Assembly: GCA_965206745.1 (NCBI GenBank) | Contig: OZ242220.1 | Coordinates: 1,024,001-1,088,000, forward strand | Source of the DNA: Nitrosopumilus sp. | Lineage (GTDB): Archaea; Thermoproteota; Nitrososphaeria; Nitrososphaerales; Nitrosopumilaceae | Direction of reading: 5' to 3' | DNA: 64,000 nt | Shown: positions 1 through 10,000 of the stretch, one piece after another | How the letters are laid out: the number at the start of each line of letters is the position of its first letter | Numbering within the stretch: the stretch's first letter is position 1 | The notes under the pieces: generated by a model | The model's input: only the letters and a program-made list of their open reading frames with translations | Database searches by the model: none | What the model was told of the DNA's origin: nothing | Program-made: the position numbers and the translations under genes

Positions 1-2
1 TA

Positions 3-239
3 TACAACCGAAACAGAGATCCAATATACATAGGTGAGACAGACAGTCTTGCAGAAAGGTTTGCAAAATACACAGATACCGAATTTGAGGGAAATGAGTG
101 TAAACAAAAAACATCGTTTTATCAAAGAGAATTTGCAGAAAATCCAAAGGAAATTCAGCAGAGATTAATTGCGGATTTTAAAAATGAGACTGGTGATATC
201 CCGGTTTGTAATGCAGGGATTAAGGTAAAAACACATTAG
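3..239 (+). CDS. GIY-YIG nuclease-like protein, C-terminal part (5'-truncated by window edge)
   Basis: Manual translation YNRNRDPIYIGETDSLAERF...IPVCN...KTH* shows a YIGET..L..R motif and a late PxxN; not in the ORF track. Confidence 0.55.
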   Translation, partial: YNRNRDPIYIGETDSLAERFAKYTDTEFEGNECKQKTSFYQREFAENPKEIQQRLIADFKNETGDIPVCNAGIKVKTH

Positions 240-348
240 GAAAATACGCGATATCATAATATCTCATAGAAATATCCCCACCTGCATTTGAAAGAAATTC
301 CGTATTCCTTCAAGAAAGTAATTTATCATAGATGGACGTACTAATACA

Positions 349-483
349 ATGCATCAGTGTTATTATTGCGAGCAACTGTTTGAATCAAAAGAAAAGTTAT
401 ACGAGCATGTCGAGATACATTCAGATATTGAAAGGAACAGAGAAATCACAGACAGGAAGAAACGAAAAGCGAAAAAACAATGA
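349..483 (+). CDS. 44-aa C2H2 zinc-finger microprotein
   Basis: Manual translation MHQCYYCEQLFESKEKLYEHVEIH...RKKRKAKKQ*: C-x2-C-x12-H-x3-H with F and L at canonical positions, basic tail. Confidence 0.75.
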   Translation: MHQCYYCEQLFESKEKLYEHVEIHSDIERNREITDRKKRKAKKQ

Positions 484-565
484 TTTCAGCCTAGATTAAA
501 AAAAGAGCAGAGGTCAGAATCTTTCAAATTCTGGAGTGAATATAAGAATTATTTTCACATACAAT

Positions 566-832
566 ATGGATTGGGTTGAGGCGTTATTACAAAAATCATA
601 TGAAAGAACACTTACAAAAGGAGAAGTACTGCACAGTCTCTTCCACATGATTGAGGTAAATGAAAATACTCTAAACCGCATCCAAACAAACAAAACAGAT
701 TTTGGTCCGGAACTAGAAGAATTAAAACAGACAGAAATACGAGATTTGGGTTTTCATTTGAAATATTATCGAAGTTTGGTCAATTATATCGATTCGACTC
801 CTGAAAATAAAATCATAGAAAACAAATCTTAA
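566..832 (+). CDS. hypothetical protein
   Basis: ORF 536..832; ATG at 566 (MDWVEALLQK) is the more likely start; helical, protein-like composition. Confidence 0.55.
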   Translation: MDWVEALLQKSYERTLTKGEVLHSLFHMIEVNENTLNRIQTNKTDFGPELEELKQTEIRDLGFHLKYYRSLVNYIDSTPENKIIENKS

Positions 833-1013
833 CCATCAAAGAACATCACAAGATGTAAGAATGAGGTTTTTCTGTAATAATTCATTAATTTTTAGCATGA
901 ATGGCATTACACTTTGAGAATTCATCGCATTTGAATTTAGTTGGTTTTAGAGTTTCCATAAGGGTGTGTTTCTTTGTTTAGACCTGGCAAATCAGCGCAC
1001 ACTGCAAGGCAAA

Positions 1014-1565
1014 TTATAGATGTAGTTTCTTAAAGACTGAATCATAATTGGATTGTGACTCTATGTTCTTGCCATAGTTTGTGTCATGATGGTATTTTAG
1101 AGATTTTTCATAAAATAATTTTTCTAGTTTTTCCACCTCATCGTGGATCATTTTGCCCGAATCTACTTTTGCAAACTGTTTTTGCTGCTCTGTATTTTGA
1201 CCTCGCGTGGAGAAATATTTTTTGTAAAATCTCTCTTGTAAATTTGTCATATTCTCACGTTTGATTTGTTCTGCGAGATCAAAAGTGCCTTGTTCGTGAT
1301 TAAGCAAAGAATCATTTGCCTCAGATGAACGTACCCAAGAAAGTAAGGGGTGAAATTCTACATAAAGCGAGATATCTCTAATTAAGAAAATGATCTTTCC
1401 ATCAACTTTATCTGAATCTACAACCCAGGTAAATCTGAATTTGATAATACTGTGGCTGTCTTCAAATACGGCAGGATTGGATTCTGCCTTAAAATCAGAC
1501 CAGGAAAGGGCAAGATCGTCTGACCACTCCAAAGATGTTTTCTCCATACTAAGACAGGTTTTCAC
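1014..1565 (-). CDS. DUF922-like protein (putative Zn-peptidase family, degenerate motif)
   Basis: L.WSDFK...SWV...LLNHEQGTFDLAE...Y..DTNYG matches the DUF922 pattern (HEQ.HFD). Confidence 0.65.
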   Translation of the reverse strand: MKTCLSMEKTSLEWSDDLALSWSDFKAESNPAVFEDSHSIIKFRFTWVVDSDKVDGKIIFLIRDISLYVEFHPLLSWVRSSEANDSLLNHEQGTFDLAEQIKRENMTNLQERFYKKYFSTRGQNTEQQKQFAKVDSGKMIHDEVEKLEKLFYEKSLKYHHDTNYGKNIESQSNYDSVFKKLHL

Positions 1566-1881
1566 GAGAATAAAATTATTCTTTATTTCTCCATGCTAAA
1601 TCACGGAATGTGATCCTTCAAAAAACATCAGATATGCAGAAAAATCCAAACATGGCAGATATACAAGGATTCCAAACAGATGAATCCTATTTTGGACAAG
1701 TCAAAGAGGGGACAATAATGGAGCGCATGTGTACAACAGGCTTGTTGGTAAAAGTTGATCTTCTAAATTTCAGGCTCGGCTTCATAGAGTTTGAGTAGAT
1801 CATTTTTTCAACCCTTTTTGATTAAAATTCAAGACACGGTTAATTTTAAGAGTTTTTCAAAAGACAGATTATTACAAATAT

Positions 1882-1964
1882 TGAAAGCAAGGTGATTGCG
1901 GATTTGATATCTACTGTAACCCCCAAAGGGCCGATGAAACGGATATCAAATTTGCTTGCTTTCA
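1882..1964 (+). ncRNA. putative structured RNA / long imperfect hairpin
   Basis: tgaaagcaa(1882-90) pairs with ttgctttca(1956-64); gcggatttgatatct(1898-1912) pairs with ggatatcaaatttgc(1941-55) using G-U pairs; internal ccc-caaa-ggg hairpin. Confidence 0.4.
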
Positions 1965-2085
1965 CAAACTCTAAACTATTAATTTCGGCAATTTTCCATG
2001 ATCAACCATGATAATGAAATTTTATGTCTGGATGGGGATTTCAGTATCTGCACTAGTTGCAGGATTAGTCTTGTTATTTGGGTGA

Positions 2086-2985
2086 TTAGGATGCAATTTC
2101 AAAATTAGGATAACATTCAAGTTGGCTCAAGATGCCGTTGATTTGTGCGATTAGTTCATTTTGTTGATCAATTAAACCGTTTACTTTTTTGACTTGTAGG
2201 TTAATTTGCTCATAGGCCAGTTGGGCTTTTTCATACTCCTTTGGAGGAAGTGTTTTGCCTTCATAGTATTTGTACTGGTTATTGTATTGATCATATTGTG
2301 ATTGTTCACGAGCAATCCTGTCATCTAGTGACTCAATTTGGAATTCAATCTCTTTTTGTTGCACAATCAATGGTTTTTGCCCTACATAAAGTCCATCAAA
2401 TCTTGGAGGAATAACATATCCACTAGCATCAAAATTAATTTCAGGCGATTCAGCAGAATACATCAGATGGTTCTCCTCGCTAGCATGCCCCAATCCCAAT
2501 GCGTGCCCTATCTCGTGCATCAGAATATCGGCAACCATGTCTTGATCATTTTGAACAAAATCAGAGTTGCAGTCTTTTGCACCGACAGATATATCCAAAA
2601 CACAGTGATTTTGGATTCCAAGTATGCCAGTATTGCATGTTGCAAGGCCAGTGTGGGTGGATGAGGCATATTTCTGCCATTTTATTTCAATGTTGGCATT
2701 ACTAGATTTTACAAATTCCAAATCAGGGTTGTTTTGCTCCCATGTCTTAATTGCTTTTTTTAATGCCTCAGTCGGGATTTGCCTGTCTGGAACATCTGGA
2801 ACATCCTCAAAAGAATAGTAAATGACCTGATGATCATCAAGAGATATAATATTGGAGATTCGTTGAAGATTTTCAATGGAAGGGGACAGTCGGTTGCTAG
2901 TCTCTGCGGGCAAAGGCAACAAATCAGCATACCACACATAGCCAATCCCGATTAGAATGACAACTAGGAGGATTGCTTTCAACAA
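2086..2985 (-). CDS. membrane-anchored matrixin (M10/metzincin) metalloprotease with C-terminal coiled coil
   Basis: N-terminal hydrophobic anchor; HEIGHALGLGH zinc motif and LMY Met-turn; Q/E/K-rich heptad tail. Confidence 0.9.
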   Translation of the reverse strand: MLKAILLVVILIGIGYVWYADLLPLPAETSNRLSPSIENLQRISNIISLDDHQVIYYSFEDVPDVPDRQIPTEALKKAIKTWEQNNPDLEFVKSSNANIEIKWQKYASSTHTGLATCNTGILGIQNHCVLDISVGAKDCNSDFVQNDQDMVADILMHEIGHALGLGHASEENHLMYSAESPEINFDASGYVIPPRFDGLYVGQKPLIVQQKEIEFQIESLDDRIAREQSQYDQYNNQYKYYEGKTLPPKEYEKAQLAYEQINLQVKKVNGLIDQQNELIAQINGILSQLECYPNFEIAS

Positions 2986-3476
2986 TTAATCAAACAGCAT
3001 AAAGTAAGTAAAACTTTCCACCAAATCAACGGATTCCGGGCTCAAGGATGTTTTGCAATAAATTGAGCCTGTTTATTTTAAAGGAATGATCAAAGGGAAT
3101 ACGATACAAATAGATAATGCCACCAATTGCCTTAACGCAGTTGGACATACATTGACAATCTTATCGATGGCTTGAGATTCTGATCCGGATGAGGGTTTTT
3201 CAGGCAATCTGATTCTGTTCATCAGAAAGCAGTTGCCAGTCAAAGGGTAAGAATTTCAAGATATTTTAAAACTCAGAATAACATCAGGTATAATTCTGAC
3301 ATAATACTACAGTATGACAATTTCCCAATCATAGTCAATATCATCAATGATTTCAAAGAATAGCTTTTGCAAATACAACTAAATTTATTTTGAAATTTTC
3401 CCATAAAAATACCATAATTCATCGAAAAATCAAATATAATTTATTAACAATAGAGTTTTGATAGATTCGTACTAGC

Positions 3477-3683
3477 ATGACTGAATGCCCCACATGTAAA
3501 CTTGCAATGGAATCACATTCTACAGAGGAGTTGATGGAGTGTTGTATGAAACAGGTAGGCGATGAGTTTTCTGAGCAAGAATCAGGCATTTGTCCCAATT
3601 GCAAACACGACATCAAAGAGCACGCCAGTAAAGAACTTGCAGAGTGTACTCTGGAATTTCTAAAGTCCGGGATTAACAGGTAA
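3477..3683 (+). CDS. small duplicated Cys/His (CxxC-x6-H-x7-C) zinc-binding protein
   Basis: CPTCKLAMESHSTEELMEC and CPNCKHDIKEHASKELAEC internal repeats. Confidence 0.7.
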   Translation: MTECPTCKLAMESHSTEELMECCMKQVGDEFSEQESGICPNCKHDIKEHASKELAECTLEFLKSGINR

Positions 3684-3712
3684 AACAAGATAAGATTAAA
3701 CAGAAGAAAGGA

Positions 3713-4312
3713 ATGGGAAGGTCATTGGATCAGATAACAAAAAAACTAATTCAGGAATATTCTCCAATGTGGACCAACAGACAGATATGGGAATATGAGC
3801 AAATTAATCAGGAATTGACTTTTGATACAGTCTATGCAAAACGCGACAATTTTGAATCATGGAAGACAAAACTAGCACGACCTGACTCAGATATCAGGGA
3901 GGTCATAGTTGGAACATTTGATAATTTTTTGGAAGGGTACGAACTGTGGATTTCAAACAAGGATCAAGGGAAATTAGATTCAAAATATGTGGCCTATCTC
4001 ATGTCAGTCATGGCAGATATCATGATAGATGACGAGGTTTGCCTCAATTTTAGAATTGAAGATGATTGCCTGATAGCGGCAATGGATGAGAAGGCAGATG
4101 TAATTGACTGTAAAGAATTCTTTGAGGAATTTTATCATTTGGCCACAGGGTTTAATTTTGGCACAGATACAGGAATTCCAGATGATGAGACAGAAGCCCA
4201 AATGTACCTTACAAGGTTGCAAGAAGAGTTTGATGAGAGAATGAGAGACAATCTAGGGGACAGATACTTGCCAGGCAACAAGGATCCTGACACATTGCAT
4301 GCCAATGATTGA
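3713..4312 (+). CDS. hypothetical acidic protein
   Basis: 199-aa ORF with ATG start, co-oriented with neighbours. Confidence 0.7.
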   Translation: MGRSLDQITKKLIQEYSPMWTNRQIWEYEQINQELTFDTVYAKRDNFESWKTKLARPDSDIREVIVGTFDNFLEGYELWISNKDQGKLDSKYVAYLMSVMADIMIDDEVCLNFRIEDDCLIAAMDEKADVIDCKEFFEEFYHLATGFNFGTDTGIPDDETEAQMYLTRLQEEFDERMRDNLGDRYLPGNKDPDTLHAND

Positions 4313-4341
4313 GCTAAAATACAAGATGAATCTAGTGAAAA

Positions 4342-4710
4342 ATGATGCCAGAGAGAAAACAATATAGAAACTTTAAGAAACGCGAGCCAAGCATGACTAC
4401 AGAGCAAAAGATAGAGGGTTTTGTAAAGAGAAATTCCCAAAATGGGTTTTTTACCAAGGTTTCAACCCTGTCATACAAGTTTGGCATATCAGAGGACATG
4501 GCATGGAGTGTCGTTGGGGAGCTGCTATCTGAAGGATCATTTGAGTCAATTCATGACGAGTATTCAGGGGAGATGAAGCTGTGTGAGTTTGGAAAGACAT
4601 ATGCTATAATGGATTTGGAGAGAAAGAGAAAGAGGGACCGATACAAGGCAAACAGTAAAAAACAAAACAATGAAAGAAGAAGTTCAAAACCCAGCAATGA
4701 AAACTCTTAA
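4342..4710 (+). CDS. hypothetical protein, possible winged-helix DNA-binding domain
   Basis: TKVSTLSYKFGISEDMAWSVVGELLSEG is HTH-like; basic C-terminal tail. Confidence 0.55.
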   Translation: MMPERKQYRNFKKREPSMTTEQKIEGFVKRNSQNGFFTKVSTLSYKFGISEDMAWSVVGELLSEGSFESIHDEYSGEMKLCEFGKTYAIMDLERKRKRDRYKANSKKQNNERRSSKPSNENS

Positions 4711-5639
4711 TTTCAAATTAATTTTAAACCATTCATGTATGAGAACTTGTTTGCTCAATTCCAGCAGATCATAAAACCAAGAAAGAGAGAAAGAATGAAA
4801 AATGATACAGTGTAAGTTATGCGGTACACCATTGGGCAAGAAACCGACCACCGAAGAGCTGCAAGTCCACTGGAAGAAGCATCACAGTTGGCACTGGGAA
4901 TCAAACAGAGACAAAACTCCAGAAGAGGCATTGTTAAAAAAGAGATAACAAATCTTGGCAGGGTAATAGTTTACAGCATATGCATACTAAAATCTCCAAA
5001 AAGTGGCAAGTAACAAAATGCAAAAGATAGATCAAATTTTGTTAGTATTTTTTGATTTATCTTGTAAATGGATGTAAGTTTCGGACATGGATAAAATTAA
5101 TGAATCCATACATTAATCAATAAAGAATCGATGTAAAAGATGAAATGCAATCTTTGGCCAATCAGTGATAAAGAATTTGATTTGAACCTGCAATTATAAA
5201 TCAGACATCAGGATACATGCCAAAAATAAAAACATGCCATCAAAGCAGTAAAAAATACCGGTGAAAGACCATCAATCCTGTTTGATGAATAATGTTCATG
5301 TACACTAAAAGGACGAAATCAAAAATGGGATCAATTCATTCAAAATTGTGGAAAGATAAAAACCAACAATGAATCAATCAGGATTTGAAACATGAAGGAA
5401 TTGTTTGTCAATAGACAATGTAAATATGAAAGTGATGGTTTGATTTTTTATTCAATCTCAAGTTTGAATATGGTTTGACAGAGAGGTTTAATTTAGATAG
5501 AAGAAAAGAACTGTCATGTTTTCCCAATCCCGGCACGGTGTTACTTAGAGAAAAGGATTATAGATGCGAGCTTGGAATGTGTCATGAAGGACATTATAAA
5601 ACAGAATGCAAGGATAACCAATAATTAGAAAGCATTATT

Positions 5640-6131
5640 TTGATTAAAGATTACAGTCAAATCATGTCTTTGGATATTGCTTGGAAGAGTAATTTTTACG
5701 GAATTTCCTGGGCATATGAGAAAGACAGGCTAGTAGTCTCCACAGTATTTGAGGACAAAAAGGAAGCAATCGCAATTGCAAAAGAGATCGAGGATTGGAG
5801 TGATAAATTTACCCGATTAACTATAATTGAGAAGGATAATGACGAGTTTGCCATATGCTGCTATCAAGACCCGCAAATTTCAAAAAAGGAGAGTCATTTA
5901 GGGCTATTTCGGACAGGAATGAGACAGAGCGGTGGGTATGAACAGGCAAAGCCAATGATCGTTGAAAAACCACCACTATTACAAATAGCGTATGCAGCAG
6001 ATGTTCGAGATATGAACACATATGAGCAAATTTCACGGCTAGTTCCAATGCGAAAATGCAGGATCATATCTGAAAAAGACTTGAAGAAGCAAGAATACTA
6101 TTACGAGAAAACTGCAAGTGCACAGAATTAA
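5640..6131 (+). CDS. hypothetical protein
   Basis: 163-aa ORF; likely start at MSLDIAW. Confidence 0.65.
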   Translation: MIKDYSQIMSLDIAWKSNFYGISWAYEKDRLVVSTVFEDKKEAIAIAKEIEDWSDKFTRLTIIEKDNDEFAICCYQDPQISKKESHLGLFRTGMRQSGGYEQAKPMIVEKPPLLQIAYAADVRDMNTYEQISRLVPMRKCRIISEKDLKKQEYYYEKTASAQN

Positions 6132-6599
6132 AAAAAAGGTGAGATTCAAATGAATCTAAGATTGAATCATCACCAGGTATGGTCAGGTAACACAACTAAC
6201 TCAGATTCGATATAAAGCAACACTACTCTTTTGTACGAATAAATGATACTGACAAATCATTCATCTTTGTTAAATAGAAATTTTTACAGTCATATGATAT
6301 GGAAGATAGTAATAATCAACAAGAGTGGGAAGAAGTGATAGGCCTCGGATGGCTTGTCTCAGAGGAATAAATACAGGTTTACTGTATCCAGTCCAAATTC
6401 TAGGTGTGAATCAGAGACACCAAACTGCTTTAGAATTATCCAAAGCGTTTATTTTTTACTTTGTTGTATGACTTGACTCATTCAGATGATCACCTGACAC
6501 AATCTAGTCCAAACTGCACTCTCTGAAATCATGCCAGTACCATCCTGTTGTTATACAGCAACTTGAGTTTCATCTCATGCTGCTGTGCTTGTATATTAT

Positions 6600-6875
6600 C
6601 AAATCATCTCTATCTATTACCTCTATCACTGCACTGTCAATTGCAATAGTAATGATGCCATGTGTGTCTGCTAGGAGTCAAGATATAACAGATTTATTTT
6701 TCATACGGTGCTGTATAAGGCAACCATGACTTTATCATCAAACACGTATTCGGATCCGATGTCTGTATGGCAATGTACAGTAGAGATGAATCAGCAAGAA
6801 TCATCATCAATTCATCCAAATATCATTCTCATGGTGGGTTCGCCTCCAAAAGGGAACCGGCAGCGTACAAGAGCA
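6600..6875 (-). pseudogene. highly decayed IS5-family (DDE_Tnp_1_5-like) transposase remnant
   Basis: Minus-strand fragments in shifting frames, LPYRH, YSTV*KINLL and IITIAIDSAVIEVIDR, resemble LPYRQ / YSTICRRINKL / IAIDSTGIKVTNR of archaeal IS5 transposases in the expected order; boundaries approximate. Confidence 0.45.
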
Positions 6876-6975
6876 CCATGCAACGGTATTACCATGCAAC
6901 GGTATTACCATGCAACGGTATTACCATGCAACGGTATTACCATGCAACGGTATTACCATGCAACGATATTACCAT
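6875..6975. repeat. 16-bp tandem repeat (accatgcaacggtatt) x6 plus partial copy
   Basis: Five perfect copies, a sixth with g>a, then accat; no spacers. Confidence 0.95.
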
Positions 6976-7057
6976 CAGAAAAAAACCAGCATTCCAGGAT
7001 ATCGATTTCCCGGGAACAGTCATGCAAATTGTGCATAACTCACGTTAAGAGGGATTC

Positions 7058-7079
7058 AAAAAAAGGAAAAAAGGAAAAT
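7058..7079 (-). terminator. oligo-T archaeal terminator of the S-layer gene
   Basis: aaaaaaggaaaaaaggaaaa on + (T-tracts on -) just downstream of the 7096 stop. Confidence 0.5.
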
Positions 7080-7095
7080 TTGAACTAGTTTGTTT

Positions 7096-10000
7096 CTAAC
7101 TTACGGTTATCTCTGTACTAACTGGTGGAGATAGTGCTGTCGGATTGCTCAAGGATTCCCATGCAAATGCAGTGATTTTGTAATCTCCTGCACTAGTTGG
7201 AGTCCATGAAACTGCCGAGCTAAATGACTGACCGCCATATAGTGAGCCTATAATCCACGAGAGTGAGACTGTAACGCCGTTACCATCTTGAATCTGTACC
7301 AAGTATGCAAATTCTTGATCCTTGTCCTGACCACTTGCCAAATCGGCAGTAACCTGTACCTGTTGATCGACTGAAATAGTATCTAAACTATTTTCAAAGG
7401 AATCAAGAGGTCTCAAGTTGCTAACGACTACCCTCTCTAGAGGTGGTACGACTGTACCAATCAGAGTGGTGGCAGTAATCTCAAGTTCATCTGCAGTTGA
7501 GTACGGATCTGGCAGGGTATTGTCCTCGTATTCTACGGTGACTGTGTCACCTTCTGCGACTCTGAGTCTGTGACCTTCGGATTTATCGCCCAGTGTAAAG
7601 AACACTGTGCCCTCGAAGATACCAGTTGCCTCATTAGTCTCAGTTACGGTTAGGTCAATACCTCCAGAATCGGAGTCAGACCACACGTCGACATCAAAGT
7701 TGTCGACTGCTTCTGGATCCAAGTTAACGTCTGGGTCAATTACTCTTACAACACCTGTTCCGGTGGCCGGATAGCTTGCCTCTAACCACTGTACCTCACC
7801 AATATTCCATCTGATTAATGCTGAGCCGACTACTGTCTCATCCTCTGAGAATTCAAAGGAGACTGTTAGTCCGTCATCATCATCAGCTTGTAGGAATCCG
7901 TTGGTTGGGCCTTCGCCTTCGGTTCTTGGTGATGTGTCATCACCTGCAACACCATCGGCATCATGGTGGAATCCTGTAAGGATTACCTCACCAGTAAAGA
8001 TGCCTGTATCAGTACCAGTTTCAACAAGCCTGTATTGATCGAGATCGTTACCTCTGGTAGCGATCGTTACGGGATCCCTCTCGGTTTCTCCGATTTCGTC
8101 AACTAGGTCACTGTCAAAGTTGTGATCTGGTGCGACAATGGTAATGTAGACCTTGTCAGTCCATGTGTAGACCTTTTGGTCAAGCTCCACAGTTGCTCCA
8201 AAGTTTGAAGTGAACAATGTCAAGTTGACATCCTCATCTTCATCACCTACATAGTCAGAACCTGATGGACCCCAATCCGTATACTCTAAGAGGATCTCTT
8301 CCCCTCTTTCAAGAGGATCGCCATCCAATGCTTCGGGAACTTCGATGACAATCTGGAAGATACCAGTACTGTCACCTGTTTCTCTAAAGTCGAGTGGTTC
8401 AGGATCAAATAGTGCTCCTGCGCCGTCAGCATCACCCATGGTGACAGTGGCAGCATCAGAATCCCATTCGATTAGGTCCAAGTCATAAGTCTCGGCCTGA
8501 TCATTGTCCAGATCCAAGTCTGGCTCAATGAGGGTCAAGATCATGTCAGATCCGATAATATATACAGATTTGTCAGATTGCAATACGCCGTTTCTCAGGT
8601 CAAATGTGGCTGAATCAGTCACAGTATTGACATCACCAGAAGCATCAGTTGGATCAGTGTATTCAACTTGGAGAATATCTCCTTGTAGGATACAGTGCTT
8701 TCCTGGGATTACTGTGTCTTGCGGAACAGTAAATCTATCTAGTACGTCACCAGATCGACTGCCATCAGATATCAGATACTGAGTTGTATCTGGACATGAT
8801 GAACTTGCCGGACCGTCAGTGTATCGGACTGTGATATCAGCTTCAAATATGCCTGCATCTGGTGCGATTTCACTGATTGGGCCAAACTCTGGCACAGTGG
8901 ATCTGTTTTGAGCTATATCGTCAACATTAATCTTACCACCTTGGGTTGCCTCACCACCAGCGTATGTTAGTACGACTGTGTTTGAGCCTCTGATAACAGA
9001 TACCTTGACAGGTCCTAATCCAGTTACTGGATCGACATATGCAATGGTATCTTCACCGGATGCTGAAACATCCCAATCTGGATCGTTAATTCTAACGTGA
9101 ATCGTTAGATCTCCCGCGTTTAAGTATTCACCAGAATCCAAACCAGTTGTTTGGTCGGAAATTCCGAGTCCATTTACACCTGATTGGTGGATTGGGAATA
9201 GTGAACGACGGTTGTTGTTATCGATACTTGGGGCATGTGAAGTGTTATCCTCAGGGTTATAGTCAGCAGGTATACCAAATGGTACTGGATAGACTGTTCT
9301 ATCAAGACTTACCGAACCAGTGTTTGCGCGAACGCCTGCACTGTCTCCTACCTCAATGACTTCACCGCTAGCGTCTCTAAAGTCAACATAGTTGACTTCA
9401 ATATCAAGACCTGTTGCGGTTTCTAATCCATTAGTAGGATGGCACCATTGAGCTGGAATTTGGAAGCTGCCAACGAATCTGCCAGAGTCTCTGCTAGTCT
9501 CACCTAGAGTGAAACCAGTTGAACCCAAGCCTACATTGGCATCACTCCCTATACAGGTTGAATGTTCGCCTTCTGTCCAAGTTTGGTCATCAAATGTGAC
9601 ATCTAGTAGTCTGCCGAGTTGATCACCGTTACTTAGTGTAACAGATGTGCCTCCACCAGTTACGTGTGAACTGCCAACAACGTCATAGTTATCATCAGTA
9701 GCGTTTCGGACTATGGTATAGACGTCCTTCGTTTCAGAATCCACGTTCAGATCCAAGTCATCTACTGTAATTATTACGGTATCAGCAGTCTTGTATGAGT
9801 CGCTGTCAAATGATACGACACCAGAGTGGCTCGGAGCTGCTTCTTGATCAGATACCTGCGTTGAAACACCATCCTCACCCAAGTCAAAGTAAGTGACTCT
9901 GACATCATCTTCGTCAGTCAGATCCTCAATTACGATGAAATCTGGGTCATCTGCGATTGTAGAGAGACCAAGATATGTACTTAGGTCGTTGATGTTTAGC

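Noticed and set aside
1912-1941. Hammerhead ribozyme core (gta...ccgatga...aac)
   Set aside because: CUGAUGA is imperfect and there is no stem II followed by GAAA; kept only as a generic structured-RNA candidate
6875-6975. Possible CRISPR array
   Set aside because: Units are head-to-tail 16-mers with no spacers, and no cas genes are nearby
6708-7088. ORFs 6708..7088 and 6767..7048 with MQRYYHATVLPCNGIT repeats
   Set aside because: Their periodicity is just translation of the 16-bp repeat; they lie antisense to the IS5-like remnant
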